Source of the DNA: Hemiscyllium ocellatum
Lineage: Eukaryota
Assembly: GCF_020745735.1 (NCBI RefSeq)
Contig: NC_083401.1
Coordinates: 84,441,740-84,505,739 of the forward strand
Reading direction: 5' to 3'
DNA length: 64,000 nucleotides
In this document: piece after piece, positions 35,455 to 47,710 of the stretch
Numbering within the stretch: the stretch's first letter is position 1
Layout of the letters: every line of letters starts with the position of its first letter
Program-made: the position numbers and the translations under genes
Notes under the pieces: model-generated
Database searches by the model: none
The model's input: the letters and a program-made list of their open reading frames with translations, nothing else
Told to the model about the DNA's origin: nothing

Positions 35455-36710
35455 GTTGGAGGGAAAAGTGGTAATCTGAGTAAATGTATACCACTGACTT
35501 AATTTTAGCTACGGGCAAATTATTGAAATAATTTTGAGGGACGATAAAACCGTAATTTAGGAAGGTATAAGATTATTCAAGAAAACTCGGTGTGAATTTG
35601 TTCAAGGAAGGAATAATGTCTGAATAACATTTTTTTTAAAAAAATGACTTATATGGCTGATGAAGCTAGTGTGGTGGATGTGTTTTATGTGGATTTTAAC
35701 AAAGGCTTTTCACAATATCCAACATGGCAGGCAGGTCAAAAATTATGAGAGTTGGAATCGGACAGAGAATAACAAATTGGATATAAAAAATAGCTGAATG
35801 ACAAGAAGCAAAGGTAATCATCCATTGGTTTTTTTGTGAATAAAAAACTGTTACCAGCATGGTTCTGCAAGCATCAGTATATAGCCCTTATCTTTTTCTG
35901 GTTTCTATCAATGATTCAAATGTAAGTGGCAAGATAATGAAGGTTTTCTATGTGGTAGACAGTGTTATACGGAAGGATGATATAGATAGTTTGTTCAGTT
36001 GACCAAAAATGGTAAATATATATTAATCCTCAGAAGTGTGAAGTATTGTAATTTTGGAGGTGGAACAAAGCAAGGAAAAAGAGTAAATGAGAGGATACTG
36101 AGCAGCATCGAGTGTATATTGGACCTTGGAGTGTATATCTGTAGATGAGTAAAGATAGTAGAATGGGTTGACGAACTTGCTCAGAAGGTATTTGGCATGT
36201 TTTTCCAATACAAGTCATTCTGCGATAACGCGCGTTTCGCTAATGTGAATTCACTATAATGAGGTTGATGAATTAGGGACACTGTTTCTAGAGCGTGAAT
36301 TGTTACAACGTGTGTTGGCTGTAATGTGATTACATCGCAACACTTCAAGCACTGTTTTTAAAGTGCAATTTTCCTATAACATGGGTACATAAGAAGAACA
36401 ACCAGTCGTTAAGGCGTGGGATGCAAGAGTGGAGAGGTTTATACTAGAACTGATTGGAATCGAGATGAGGAAGCACACTTTTCCCATTAAAAGAAGTGGT
36501 AGGGACCTGGAACACTTCGCTGTTTGGGTGAGAGAGGCAGAAATGCTCAGTATGTTTAAATAAAACACTTGGATTGCTACTTAAAGACTTTTGATGTGCA
36601 AGGCTGCAGATGCAGTGCAAGCAGGTGTTTTTAGGCTGGACAGCTCTTTGTCAGTTGGCACAAGCATGATAGGCCAAATGGCCTCCAATGTTGTAAAGTT
36701 TCTGTGATTC
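35455..36710 (+). mobile_element. Highly decayed CR1-clade LINE
   Basis: Remnant YRPL, DVFYVDF.K motifs and 3' tail. Confidence 0.6.
36211..36405. mobile_element. Tc1/mariner-pogo (Tigger-like) MITE
   Basis: Homologous to 59179-59395; TA|CAAGTCATTCT...AGAACAACCAG degenerate TIRs. Confidence 0.55.
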
Positions 36711-37396
36711 TGTGAAGAAGTTAGTCAGGGTACTGGACTGACTATTTGGTTGAAGAATTGAGATGTTTTCTTCCCCCATCGCCCACCACATTTCCTAGAA
36801 TATAAAGTATATGTTTCTGATCTTTTCTCAGAATGAGTATGTTGCATTGGGACTTCTCTTGCTTTGATTTTTGTATTTTTTCCATTCAAATATATTTCTT
36901 TTGGACTAACATGAATATTGTTTAGAACTATCAAACTTTCTGAATGTCTAGTCAATGACCAATCTCGGGAGGTTTGCATTGATTTTCTCCGTTGTCTTCA
37001 GATGTTAAGGTTCATTTGGAATGATCTGCACTTCACTCAGCCCATCCTATTGTTTCTTGCTTGAGTTATTGAGGCATGAATGCACCTTTGGTCTGCTTTC
37101 CTTGAGATTCCATTATTCTAATTTATCAATGTTAACTTAATGACTGTATAATTATCTTGATCAGTTTGTAGCCATTGCAGTAGCTGTTAGGAATTTATTT
37201 TTCTGGTATTCCAAGAAAACCACCTATAGCTTGTGTAGATAGGAGCCTAAAATTTGCTGGGTTAGTTGAAATTAGAAGAAAAAAACATGGTTTGCCTTAT
37301 TGATAAAGTCAATAAACCCTGGTGATGACCTAATGATTATTTAATGTGTTTTAATGCGTTTCTGTGTTTTGTTGAAGGAATATTGTATGTCTTTGT

Positions 37397-40041
37397 TAGA
37401 ACATAGAATATTACAGCGCAGTACAGGCCCTTCGGCCCTCGATGTTGTGCCGACCTGTCATACCAATCTGAAGCCCATCTAACCTATTCCATGTACACTT
37501 ATTCCATGTACGTCCATATGCTTGTCCAATCATGATTTAAATGTACATAAAGTTGGCGAATCTACTACCGTTGTAGGCAAAGCATTCCATACCCTTGCTA
37601 CTCACTGCATAAAGAAACTACCTTTGACATCTGTCCTATCTCTATCATCCGTCAATTTGAAGCTATGCCCCCTCGTGCTCGCCGTCACCATTCTTGGAAA
37701 AAGGCTCTCCCTGTCCACCCTATCTAACTCTGATTATCTTATATGTCTCTATTAAGTCACCTCTCAACCTTCTTCTCTCCAACGAAAACAGCCTCAAGTC
37801 CCTCAGCCTTTCCTCGTAAGACCTTCCCTCCACACCAGGCAACATCCTAGTAAATCTCCTCTGCACCCTTTCCAAAGCTTCCACATCCTTCTCATAATGT
37901 GGTGACCGGAACTGTACACAATACTCCAAGTGTGGCCGCACTAGAGTTTTGTACAGCTGTAGCATAACCTCATGGTTCCAGAAGTCGATCCCTCTATTAA
38001 TAAAAGCTAAAACACTATATGACTTCTTAACAACCCTGTCAACCTGGGTGGCACCTTTCAAGGATCTGTCTACCTGGACACAGATCTCTCTGCTCATCTA
38101 CACTACTAAAGAATCTTACCATTAGCCCAGTACTTTGCATTCTGGTTACTCCGACCAAAGTGAATCACTTCACACTTGTCCGCATTAAACTCCATTTTCC
38201 ACTTCTCAGCCCAGCTCTGCAGCTTATCTATGTCTCTCAGTAACCTACAACATCCTTCGTCACAGCTCCACCGACCTTAGTGTCGTCTGCAAATTTACTA
38301 ACCCATCCTTCTACGCCCTCATCCAGGTTGTTTATAAGAATGACAAACAGCAGTGGACCCAACACTGCCCTTCGCGGTACACCACTGATAACTGGACTCC
38401 AGGATGAGCATTTCCCATCATCCACCACCCTCTGTCTTCTTTCAGCAAGCCAATTACTGATCCAAACTGCTATATCTCCCACAATCCCATTCCTCCGCAT
38501 TTTGTACAATAGCCTACTATGGGGAACCTTATCGAACGCTTTGCTGAAATCCATATACACCACATTAACCAGCTTACTCTCATCTACCTGTTTGATCACC
38601 TTCTCAAAGAACTCAATAGGTTTGTGAGGCACTACCTACCCTTCACAAAACAGTGCTGACTGTCCCTAATCAAATTATTATTTTCTAGATGATTATAAAT
38701 CCTATCTCTTATAACCTTTTCCAACACTTTACCAACAACTGAAGTAAGACTCACCGGTCTATAATTACCAGGATTGTCTCTACTTCCCTTCTTGAACAGG
38801 GGAACCACATTTGCTATCCTCAAGTCTTCTGGCACTATTCCTGTAGACAATGACGATTTAAAGATCAATGCTAAAGGCTCGGCAATCTCCTCCCTGGCTT
38901 CCCAGAGGATCCTAGGATAAATCCCATCCGGCCCAGGGGACGTATCTATTTTCACACTCTTCAGAATTTCTAATACCTCTTCCTTGTGAACCTCAATCAC
39001 ACCTAGTCTCGTAGTCTGTATCTCAGTAATCTCCTCGACAACATTGTCGTTTTCTGGAGTGAATACTGTCAAAGATTATTCATTTAGTGCTTCCCCTATC
39101 TCCTCTGACTCCACACACAACTTCCCACTACTATCCTTGATTGGCCCTAATCTTACTTAGAAAGCCTTGGGATTTACCCTGATCCTATCTGCTAACAACT
39201 TCTCATGTTTCCTTCTGGCTTTTTTGAGCTCTCTCTTTAGGTCTTTCCTGGCTACCTTGTTACCCTCAATACCCTAACTGAGCCTTCACATCTCATCCTA
39301 ACATAAGCCTTCTTCTTCCTCTTGACCAGAGATTCCACTTCCTTCATAAACCACGGCTCCCGCGCTCTACTGCTTCCTCCCTGCCTGACAGGTGCATACT
39401 TGTCTAGGACACACAGGAGCTTCTCCTTGAATAAGCTCCACATTTCTAATGTGCCTATCTCCTGCAGTTTCCTTCCCCATCCTATGCTTCCTAAATCTTG
39501 CCTAATATCGTAATTGCCTTTCCCCCAGCTGTAACTCTTGCCCAGTAGTCCTATCACTAAAGTAAACATAACAGAATTGTAATTGCTATTACCAACGTGC
39601 TCACCTACTTCCAAGTCTAACACCTGGCTGGGCTCATTACCTAGTACCAGATCTAATGTGGCTTCGCCCCTTGTTGGCCTGTCTACATACTGTGTCAGGA
39701 AGCCCTCCTGCACACATTGGACAAAAACTGACCCATCTATAATACTCGTACTATAGTGTTCCCAGTCAATATTTGGAAAGTTGAAGTCCCCCATGCCAAC
39801 TACCCTGTGTCTCTCACTCCTATTGAGAATCATCTTTGCTATCCTTTACGCTACATTTCTGGGACTATTTGGAGGCCTATAGAAAACTCCCAACAAGGTG
39901 ACGTCTCCTTTCTTGTTTCTAACTTCAACCCATACTACCTCAGCTGACAAGTCCCCAAACATCCTTTCTGCAACTGTAATACTGCCCTTGAACAACAATG
40001 CCACACCTCCTCCTCTTTTACCATCTTCTCTGTTCTTACTG
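37397..40041 (-). mobile_element. CR1 LINE ORF2 pseudogene (APE endonuclease + RT), (agaacat)n-tail family
   Basis: GGGVALL, GVFYRPP, MGDFNFP, LDLVL, SPGPDGI, YRPVSLTS, DFSKAFDKV, FADDTK across consecutive frameshifted ORFs. Confidence 0.95.
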
Positions 40042-41043
40042 ATGAGCATTATGACTCTGATAATGAAATGAACTGTCACAGTACCTCTGGAAAAGCTGGA
40101 GTCTTGGCTTGAAAACAGACCAGGATATTAGCTGTGATAATGCAAATTATTTATCAGCTAAATCTGTGATTGTCGCAGAATTGTGCTGTGTAAATATCAT
40201 CTGGTTGATTAGATGACAGAAAAGCTGCAAGGAAATAGCTTATTTGAGCAGCCTGAGCAAGCTGGCCTGAAGTCAAATTTCTTTAAGTCCCAGAGGTAAG
40301 CCGCTTTCCAGAGAGATGCAAACAAGTACTGATAAGTAATTAATCAAACTGGCCATGATATATGTTGAATTTTAATGCAGAGAACTTTTTGAATGAATAA
40401 TACCTAGATTGTTGCTGATCAAAAGGCTCAGGTATTTTCAGTGTTTATAATTGCAAACAGGAATTACCTTTATTCCCACTGAATTGGGTCATAAGAATTA
40501 GTTTAAATTGCACCTGAGATTGATTATGAATCTCTATACTTCCTTTCTATTTTTCCTCCACTGTCCTAAAGTTGTTAATTGCCTTGCCAGGTAACATTCA
40601 CATTCATTCCCGTCGATTTAGTTGCTGCTATTTATGTAGAAACCACAGCTGGTTATTTTAGTGGGTGGCAGTTAATATTACTGGCTAAAATCAGTACAGA
40701 TAAGGAATTTAGTGTTTTGCCCTTTCTAGTTTGTATGTAGAACTCATTGCTTTAACCAGCTGGCTGAGATGGGCATTAACAGAAGGTGCTGTGCCCATTG
40801 ATGGCTGAACATTCTTTTCGCATTGGAGTAGAATATAATAATAAAAATGGAAACTAAAAGTAACAAGCGTTTTTAAAGAAGGCCGTTCCTACTTTTTTGT
40901 GAAAATTGTCTATAACCAAATGTTATATGCTGCTTTGAACTCTGCAGTAATTAGCTTTATGCTATTTTGGAGTGTGTACCATTACCATGCTGTGCAGAAA
41001 TATTGATTGTAATTTTCACCTTTGAATTTCTCACCTTGGGCAG

Positions 41044-41128
41044 GAACATTTTTTTGGGTGAAACCTTTTCAAGCTACATCAGTGTACATAATGACAGCGT
41101 ACAAGTTGTTAAGGATATTTTGGTTAAG
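41044..41128 (+). CDS. TRAPPC13: TRAPPC13 exon 4
   Basis: cag| [28 protein letters not shown] |gtaaga; 85 nt. Confidence 0.97.
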
Positions 41129-42420
41129 GTAAGACAATGATATAATTCATCTGCTTTACTTGCAGGAAAAGCCATTTCTATGTATGTTCTATTTTATTTT
41201 CTTCTACCTGGCATCAGCAAAATGTTTTGTAACAGTAATATGCAAATTCCTATGTTGCTGCTAGGATGTGTAAAATGTGGCTGTTGGTGGGTGCCCTTTT
41301 TTTTTAAACTGTTCCCATTAGAACCAGCAACATTTGGAAGTACAGTTATAGTTTGGTCTTGCAAGCTTGGGCTATGTTTGGAAAAAAAACATTTTAAGCT
41401 GTATATTTTTATGAAAAATTACTGCTTTGTTCAATCTTTCATCAGTATCTGACATATTAATCAAGTTTATTGATTTATTAATAATGAACTTGAGAATTAC
41501 GAGCAATTAGAGTCATACAGCACGGAAACAGACCCTTTGGTCCAAGTCATCTATGCTGCCCAGATGTTCCACTCTAATCTAGTCCCATTTGCCAGCAGTT
41601 GGCCCATATCCCTCTAAACCCTTCTTATACCTATACCCATCCAGATGCCTTTTAAATGTAATTTTATCAGCTTTCACCACATCCTCTGGCAGCTCATTCC
41701 ATACACACTCTGCATGGACAAGTTGCCCGTTAGGTCCCTTTTATATCTTTACCCCCTCACCCTGATCCTATGCCCTCTAGTTCTGGACTCCCCGATCCCA
41801 GGGAAAAGACTTTGTCTACTTATCCTATCCATGCTCCTCATAATTCTGTAAACCTCTATAAGGTCACCCCTCAGCCTCCGATGCTCCAGGGAAAACAGAC
41901 CCAGCCTGTTCAGCCTCTTCCTATAGCTCAAATCCTCCAACCCTGGCAACATGCTTGTAAATCTTTTCTGAACCCTTTCAAGTTTCACAACATCCTTCCG
42001 ACACGAAAGAGACCAGAATTGCACACAATATTCCAAAAGTGGCTTAACCAATGTCCTGTACAGCCGCAACATGACATGCCAACTCTGATAACTCTCTACT
42101 CTGATTAATAAAGGTAAGCACACCAAATGTTGCCTTCACTACCCTGTCTCCCTGCGACTCTACTTTCAAGGAACTATGAACCTGCACTCCAAGGTCTGTT
42201 TGTTCAGCAACACTCCCTAGGACCTTACCATTAAGTGTATATGTTTTGCTCTGATTTGTTTTGCCAAAGTGCAGCACCTCACATCTATCTAAACTAAACT
42301 CCATCTGCCACTCGTCAGCCCATTGGCCCATCTGATCAAGATCCTGTTGTAATCTGAGGTAACCTTCTTCGCTGTCTAATACATCTCCAAATTTGGTATC
42401 ATCTGCATACTTAGTAACTA

Positions 42421-42643
42421 TCGAGTAAAAAATGAGGTCTGCAGATGCTGGAGATCACAGCTGCAAATGTGTTGCTGGTCAAAGCACAGCAGGCCAGGCA
42501 GCATCTCAGGAATAGAGAATTCGACGTTTCGAGCATAAGCCCTTCATCAGGAATAATGAAGGGCTTATGCTCGAAACGTCGAATTCTCTATTCCTGAGAT
42601 GCTGCCTGGCCTGCTGTGCTTTGACCAGCAACACATTTGCAGC
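42421..42643. mobile_element. Young fold-back family-A HHR element, perfect 88-bp inverted repeat, 14-bp TSD
   Basis: Arms 42460-42547 and 42556-42643 are exact reverse complements. TSD gcatacttagtaac at 42405-42418 and 42642-42655. Confidence 0.9.
42519..42554 (-). ncRNA. Minimal hammerhead ribozyme motif (family A), intact
   Basis: AUUC-CUGAUGA-A-GGGC(UUAU)GCUC-GAAA-CG-UC-GAAU; perfect 4-bp helix I, GUC cleavage triplet. Confidence 0.72.
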
Positions 42644-42836
42644 ATACTTAGTAACCATACCTCCTACATTCGCATCCAAAACATTTACATAAATGACGAA
42701 AAGCAGTGGACCCAGCACCGATCCTTGTGGTACAGCATCTGCAGACCTCATTTTGTACGCCACTGGTCACAGGTCTCCTGTCTGAAAAGCAACCCTCCTC
42801 AACTACTCTCTGCCTCCTTTAATTACCACAAGAATA

Positions 42837-43158
42837 CAATCCTTTATCCAAAATTCTCGAAGCCAGTTTTTTTTTTGGAATTTGGAATTTTTCGGATTTT
42901 GAAATAAATGACATTTTCACAGTGAAATAAAAAAAATTATCTAACACCAGATTCATGTGTGAATAGTATGAGCGCTGAGACACAATTGATGCCTGGCAGT
43001 GCTGGACCACACCGCCATGTTACGTCTGAGTGACATGGTTCGAGTGTGTGTGGAGTTCGGTCACCTGTTCGCACACCAAAATGACACTCCACACGTCACG
43101 AAAAATGTTTCAGATTTTAGAGCTTCACGGATTTCAGAATGTTGGGTTAAGGATTATG
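42837..43158. mobile_element. Tigger/pogo-like MITE
   Basis: TA|CAATCCTTTATCCAAAATTCT ... AGAATGTTGGGTTAAGGATTATG|TA imperfect TIRs with TA flanks. Confidence 0.6.
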
Positions 43159-43570
43159 TATTTATAGAATTATTTTGTGTAATAATGGTTTTGTGATGTT
43201 CATCACTGACATGGTCAGATCCAGTTGCACCATTTAGCTCAAGCTATGCCTGTTCCCTTAAAGCCATGCATCGTGATTATGGTTTCAGTCAGGCAAAAGA
43301 AGTTTGGACAAATGTCCTTTTTCTGTTCTTTGTCATCGTGGAGCAGTTTTCATTGGAACATTTAGGAATACCATAAAAGTAGTGTTCATAATTTCAAATA
43401 GGTCTAAATTTCACATAAGTGATAGCTTTTCTTTGCAGCTCAGTACGCCTCCTGCTGTGGGTTTCAAAAGATTTTCTCTTTTCTTTTTATTTCCTTTTCC
43501 TTACCTCCACTATTGCACAGTGACTGTTTGGCCAAAGTACTTCCTTGTACTAAATCGGCAAGAAATCAAT

Positions 43571-44154
43571 GAGAGTTTGAGTTATGGCATCATGTTGCAG
43601 CTGTACAGGACATTGGTGAGGGCATTTTTGGAATACTGCATACAGTTCTGGTTGCCCTGCTATAGGAAAGATGTTAAGCTTGAGAGGATGCAGAAAAGAT
43701 TTACAAGGATTTTGCTGGGCTAGAGGCTTTGAGCTATAGGGACAGGCTGACTAGGTTAGGGCTTTTTTCCCCTCGATCGTTGGAGACTGAGGGGTGGCAT
43801 TATCAAGGTTTATAACATCAAGAGGGGCATGGATAGGGTGAATACACAACATCTTTATCCTAGGGTGGGGTCCAAAACTAGACCATCTAAGTTTTTGGTG
43901 AGAAGTGAAAGATTTAAAAACGATCTAAAGGGTAACTTTTTCACACATAGGGTGGTACATGAATGGAATAAGCTGCCAGAGGAAGTGGCGGAGGCTGGTA
44001 CAATTACATTTAAAAGGCATCTGAATAATTAAATGAATAGGAAAGATTTAGAAGGATATGGGCCAAATGCAGGCAAATGGGGCTACATAGATTGGGAGGT
44101 GTAGTCGGTATGGATGAATTGGACTGAAGGGTCTGTTTCCATGCTGTATGACTC
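43571..44154 (+). mobile_element. CR1 (HER1-like) LINE 3' fragment
   Basis: MLQLYRTLVR..LEYCIQFW; WNKLPEEV; tail tatgactc. Confidence 0.9.
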
Positions 44155-44174
44155 CAGTAGCTTGAATTGTCTTG

Positions 44175-44268
44175 GGGTCGATAAAGTGTGGAGCTGGAAA
44201 AGGCACAGCAGGTCAAGCAGCATCAGAGGAGCAGGAAAGTTGACATTTCAGGTCTGAACCCTTCATGA
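44175..44268 (-). mobile_element. PLE terminal fragment truncated in the HHR core
   Basis: Near-identical to 17035-17125. Confidence 0.7.
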
Positions 44269-44466
44269 CTTACAACCTTGTCTGTCTTTGGGTTGGTTGA
44301 AATTATATTTGTGACGTCAAGGAACTTTCAGCTGCAAACCTGTATCTGGCATTTGCCAAATCTACTGAATTCTTCTTATATGTTAAGTGGGAGATGGTTT
44401 TTAAAAGCAAAAAGCTACTGATAATTCAGGGAAATTTTGTTTACTTGTCTATCCTTTTTAAATAAG

Positions 44467-44594
44467 GCTGATCTTCAGACCAGCTCTCAACGTTTAAATC
44501 TATCAGCTTCAAATGCTGCAGTGACTGATCTTAAACCTGACCATTGCATCGACGATGTGATACACCATGAAGTGAAAGAAATTGGAACGCATAT
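44467..44594 (+). CDS. TRAPPC13: TRAPPC13 exon 5
   Basis: aataag| [42 protein letters not shown](I) |gtaagc; 128 nt; AAG-type acceptor. Confidence 0.96.
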
Positions 44595-45041
44595 GTAAGC
44601 TCTATATTTTTATTTAAAGAATAGACTGAAAATATACATACATGTATTAAAAGATCCACCTAACTGGTGTCTTCTTTTGAATGTGAAAGGATCATAATTC
44701 AGTGCATGAGTGTAAAGCTACACGAAAATTTTGCGTGAATGCTCAGGCAGTACGTTATTCTGTGGATAAAAATGACCTCTTGCATCTCGCATTGTTGTAG
44801 AATTTTGTTAAGTGCACCCAACGGTTAAATGACAACTCACCTGTGACATTTTGAAGATTTAAGAGATGTTTATGTTGCTCTTTTTAGATGTTTTGTAATC
44901 TTAATTTTTTGATTTGTCATTGATCACCATAAAGATTATACAAGTATTATACTGAGCCCATTGAATCTGTTTTAACTAGTATTTTAACTGGTAAGTTATT
45001 TCAACAACTTGTTACCCTTCGAGGCAAAATAAACTTTAATG

Positions 45042-45105
45042 TTCATTAAGTTTATTGTCAGGCATGGCTTAGTTGGTAGCCATGCCTGACAATAAACTTA
45101 ATGAA
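45042..45105. repeat. Perfect 28-bp inverted repeat with 8-nt loop
   Basis: ttcattaagtttattgtcaggcatggct-tagttggt-agccatgcctgacaataaacttaatgaa. Confidence 0.95.
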
Positions 45106-45445
45106 TCACAAAATTCTGGGTTCAATCCCACTTCAGGATTTGAGCACAAATATCAAGAAACATCAGTATTGAGCGAGTGTGCATTATTGGAGGTGCTGTC
45201 TTTTGGTTGAGATGATAAACCAAGGGTCAATCTGGCCTCTACTATGTTGTTATTTAATGTAGCATGCTATGTTCAAGTTTATTCACAATATACCGTACAT
45301 TACACCGTACACTGACAAAGTACACTGTGCCTCGGTACGTGTGATAATAAATTCAATTCAATTCAAATTCATTTATTACAACAGTAACAACACTTCAAAC
45401 ATACTTAATGGAATCAGTAGCCTTAGAAATGCAAGTTTATTTTTC
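45063..45445 (+). mobile_element. DeuSINE (SacSINE1-like) remnant
   Basis: tRNA-like head (tggcttagttgg..gggttcaatccc), Deu-domain-like ggaggtgctgtcttttggttgagatgataaaccaagg, tail attacaacagtaac..acttcaaa. Confidence 0.6.
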
Positions 45446-47011
45446 TAATTTATATTTGGCTCTAGTGGACTGGATAGAAATGCCAAAAGGTGGGATGTTT
45501 GAACAGTGGCAGACACTTAAGGAGATATTCAATTCCTCCTAAATAAAATATATTCCAAAGCAGAATAAAGATTGTAAAAGGAGGGGGAAAAAAACCTCCA
45601 TGACTATGCAAAGAAGTCAAAGATAACACAAGGACAAAACTAAGGCATACCATGTTGCAAATGTCTATGGCAGGCTGGTGGATTGGGAAATTTCTAAAGA
45701 CCAACAAAGGGCTGCTTAAAGCAAGTACTAAAAGGAGGAATTGTTGATTATGAAAAGGCTAGCACAAAATAGAAAAAAGCAATAACTTTTATGTGTATTT
45801 GAAAGGAAGAGAGTAGCTAAAGCAAATGTTAGTTCTTTTAAAGGACGAGACTGGGAAGTTAATAATGGGAAACACATAAATGGCACAGACTTTGAATCAA
45901 TATTTTCCCTCCATTTTCAGGGTAGAGGACAATAAAACCATCCCAGTAATAGTAACAGTGCAGATGTTATAGAAAAGGAGAACTTAAAGCAATCACCATC
46001 ATTTGGGAAAAAGAACTGAACAAATTATTGGGATTAAAGGCAGATAACTTCCTCATACCTGATGACTGACTTCTAAGGTTTTAAAACAAGAAGTAGCAGA
46101 GGTAGTGGATGTGTTGATTATAATGTTCCAAAATTCCTTGGATTCTGCAAGGGTTCCAGTGGATTGGAAAAATGCGAATGTAACATCTTTTATTCATAAA
46201 GACAGGGTGGCAGAAAGTAGGAAACCATAGACCAGTTAGTTTAACATCTATTGTTGGGAAATTGTCCAAATCCATTATTATAGAATAGCAAAGGAATATT
46301 TGGAAAGTCAAAATGCAAGCCATCAAAGTCAGCATTGTTTTATGAAGGGTAAATTGTGCTTGACTAACTTGCTAGAGTTCTTTGGAAATGTAACAAGCAA
46401 GTGGATAATGGTATATCTAGATTTAAGGTATTTGGTAAGGTGCTGCATAAAAGGTTAGTACACAAGGTAAGATCACATGGGGTTGGGGCAATATATTAGC
46501 TTTAATAGAGTATTGTCAAACCAAGAGAAAACATTGTTAGGATAAATGTGCCCTTTTCTGGTTGACAAGTTATAACTAGGATGATGCCACAGTGTTTAGT
46601 CCTTAGGGCTGTAGTTTTTGCAATCTATACAATGACGTCAATACAGTGATAGTGTATGATGTAATTTCACCAGATTTGCAAGTTGTACTAAAATAGGTAG
46701 GAAAGTAGATTACAATGAAGAAATATGAAATTTACAAATAGAATGGATAGATTACATAAATGGACTAAAATTTGACAGATGGAGTTAAAAACAAATAAAT
46801 ATGAGGTTATCCATTTTGGCTGGAAGAATAAAAAGACAACATATTACCTCTATGGAGAGGAACCTCGAAATGCTTTGTTGCAAAGGGATCTAGGTGTCAT
46901 TGTGCATGAATAACCAAAAACTAGAGTGCAGCTACAACAGATAATAAGTACAGCAAATGGAATTTTGGAATTAATTGCTAAAGGAATAGAATTTAAAAGT
47001 GAGGAGGTGTT

Positions 47012-47343
47012 TTTAGAATTAGAATTAGAATCCCTACAGTATGGAAACAGGCCCTTTGGCCTAATATGTCCACACCGACCCTTCGAAGAGTAACCCACCC
47101 AGAACCATTCCCCTACATTATCACCTATATTTGTCCCTGACTAATGCCCCTAACTGACACATCTCTGAGCATTGTGGGTGATTTAGTACGGCCAATACAC
47201 CTAACCTGCACATCTTTCGATTGTGGGAGAAAACCCACGCAGAGGGAATGTGCAAACTCCACACAGTCGCCTGAGGCTGGAATCAAAGCCAGGTCCCTGG
47301 CTTTGCAAGGCAGTAGTGCTAACTACTGAGCCACCGTGCCGCC
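47012..47343 (-). mobile_element. V-SINE (HE1-like)
   Basis: (ttaga)n tail and tRNA-like head. Confidence 0.9.
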
Positions 47344-47344
47344 T

Positions 47345-47710
47345 TAAACGAGCTACCAAAAGACACGACCAACTATCACTAGTGTCCATACACAGAGACG
47401 AAGAGGGACACCTGTTCAACTGGGACAATACATCCATCCTGGGACGGGCTAAACAAAGCCAGGCATGGGAATTCCTAGAGGCCTGGCATTCAAAACAAAA
47501 CATTAACAAACAGATTTTGTCCCCATTTGCCAACCTCACAGAAAAAGAACCGAAATGATACCACTCACAACAACAGACCAAGGCAGATAAACAGCAAGCG
47601 GGACAGAATAACAGCGCTTCATGGGAGGCTCACTGATGTTATCCAGCATGGTGACAAAACATCTGAGAACAAATCTACCAGCTCAGCGAGCAAACTTACA
47701 ACCTACAAAC
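47345..47710 (+). mobile_element. PLE 3' fragment of a distinct family (D) with degenerate HHR
   Basis: SLVSIH...GHLFNWDNTSIL...EFLEAWH (GIY-YIG C-terminus), then ctca-ctgatg-ttatc(cagcat)ggtgac-aaaacatc-tgag at 47629-47667. Confidence 0.7.

Larger units (their letters stand above)
41508..42815 (-). mobile_element. CR1 (HER1-like) LINE 3' portion with PLE-derived insertions
   Basis: [27 protein letters not shown] motifs. Confidence 0.92.
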
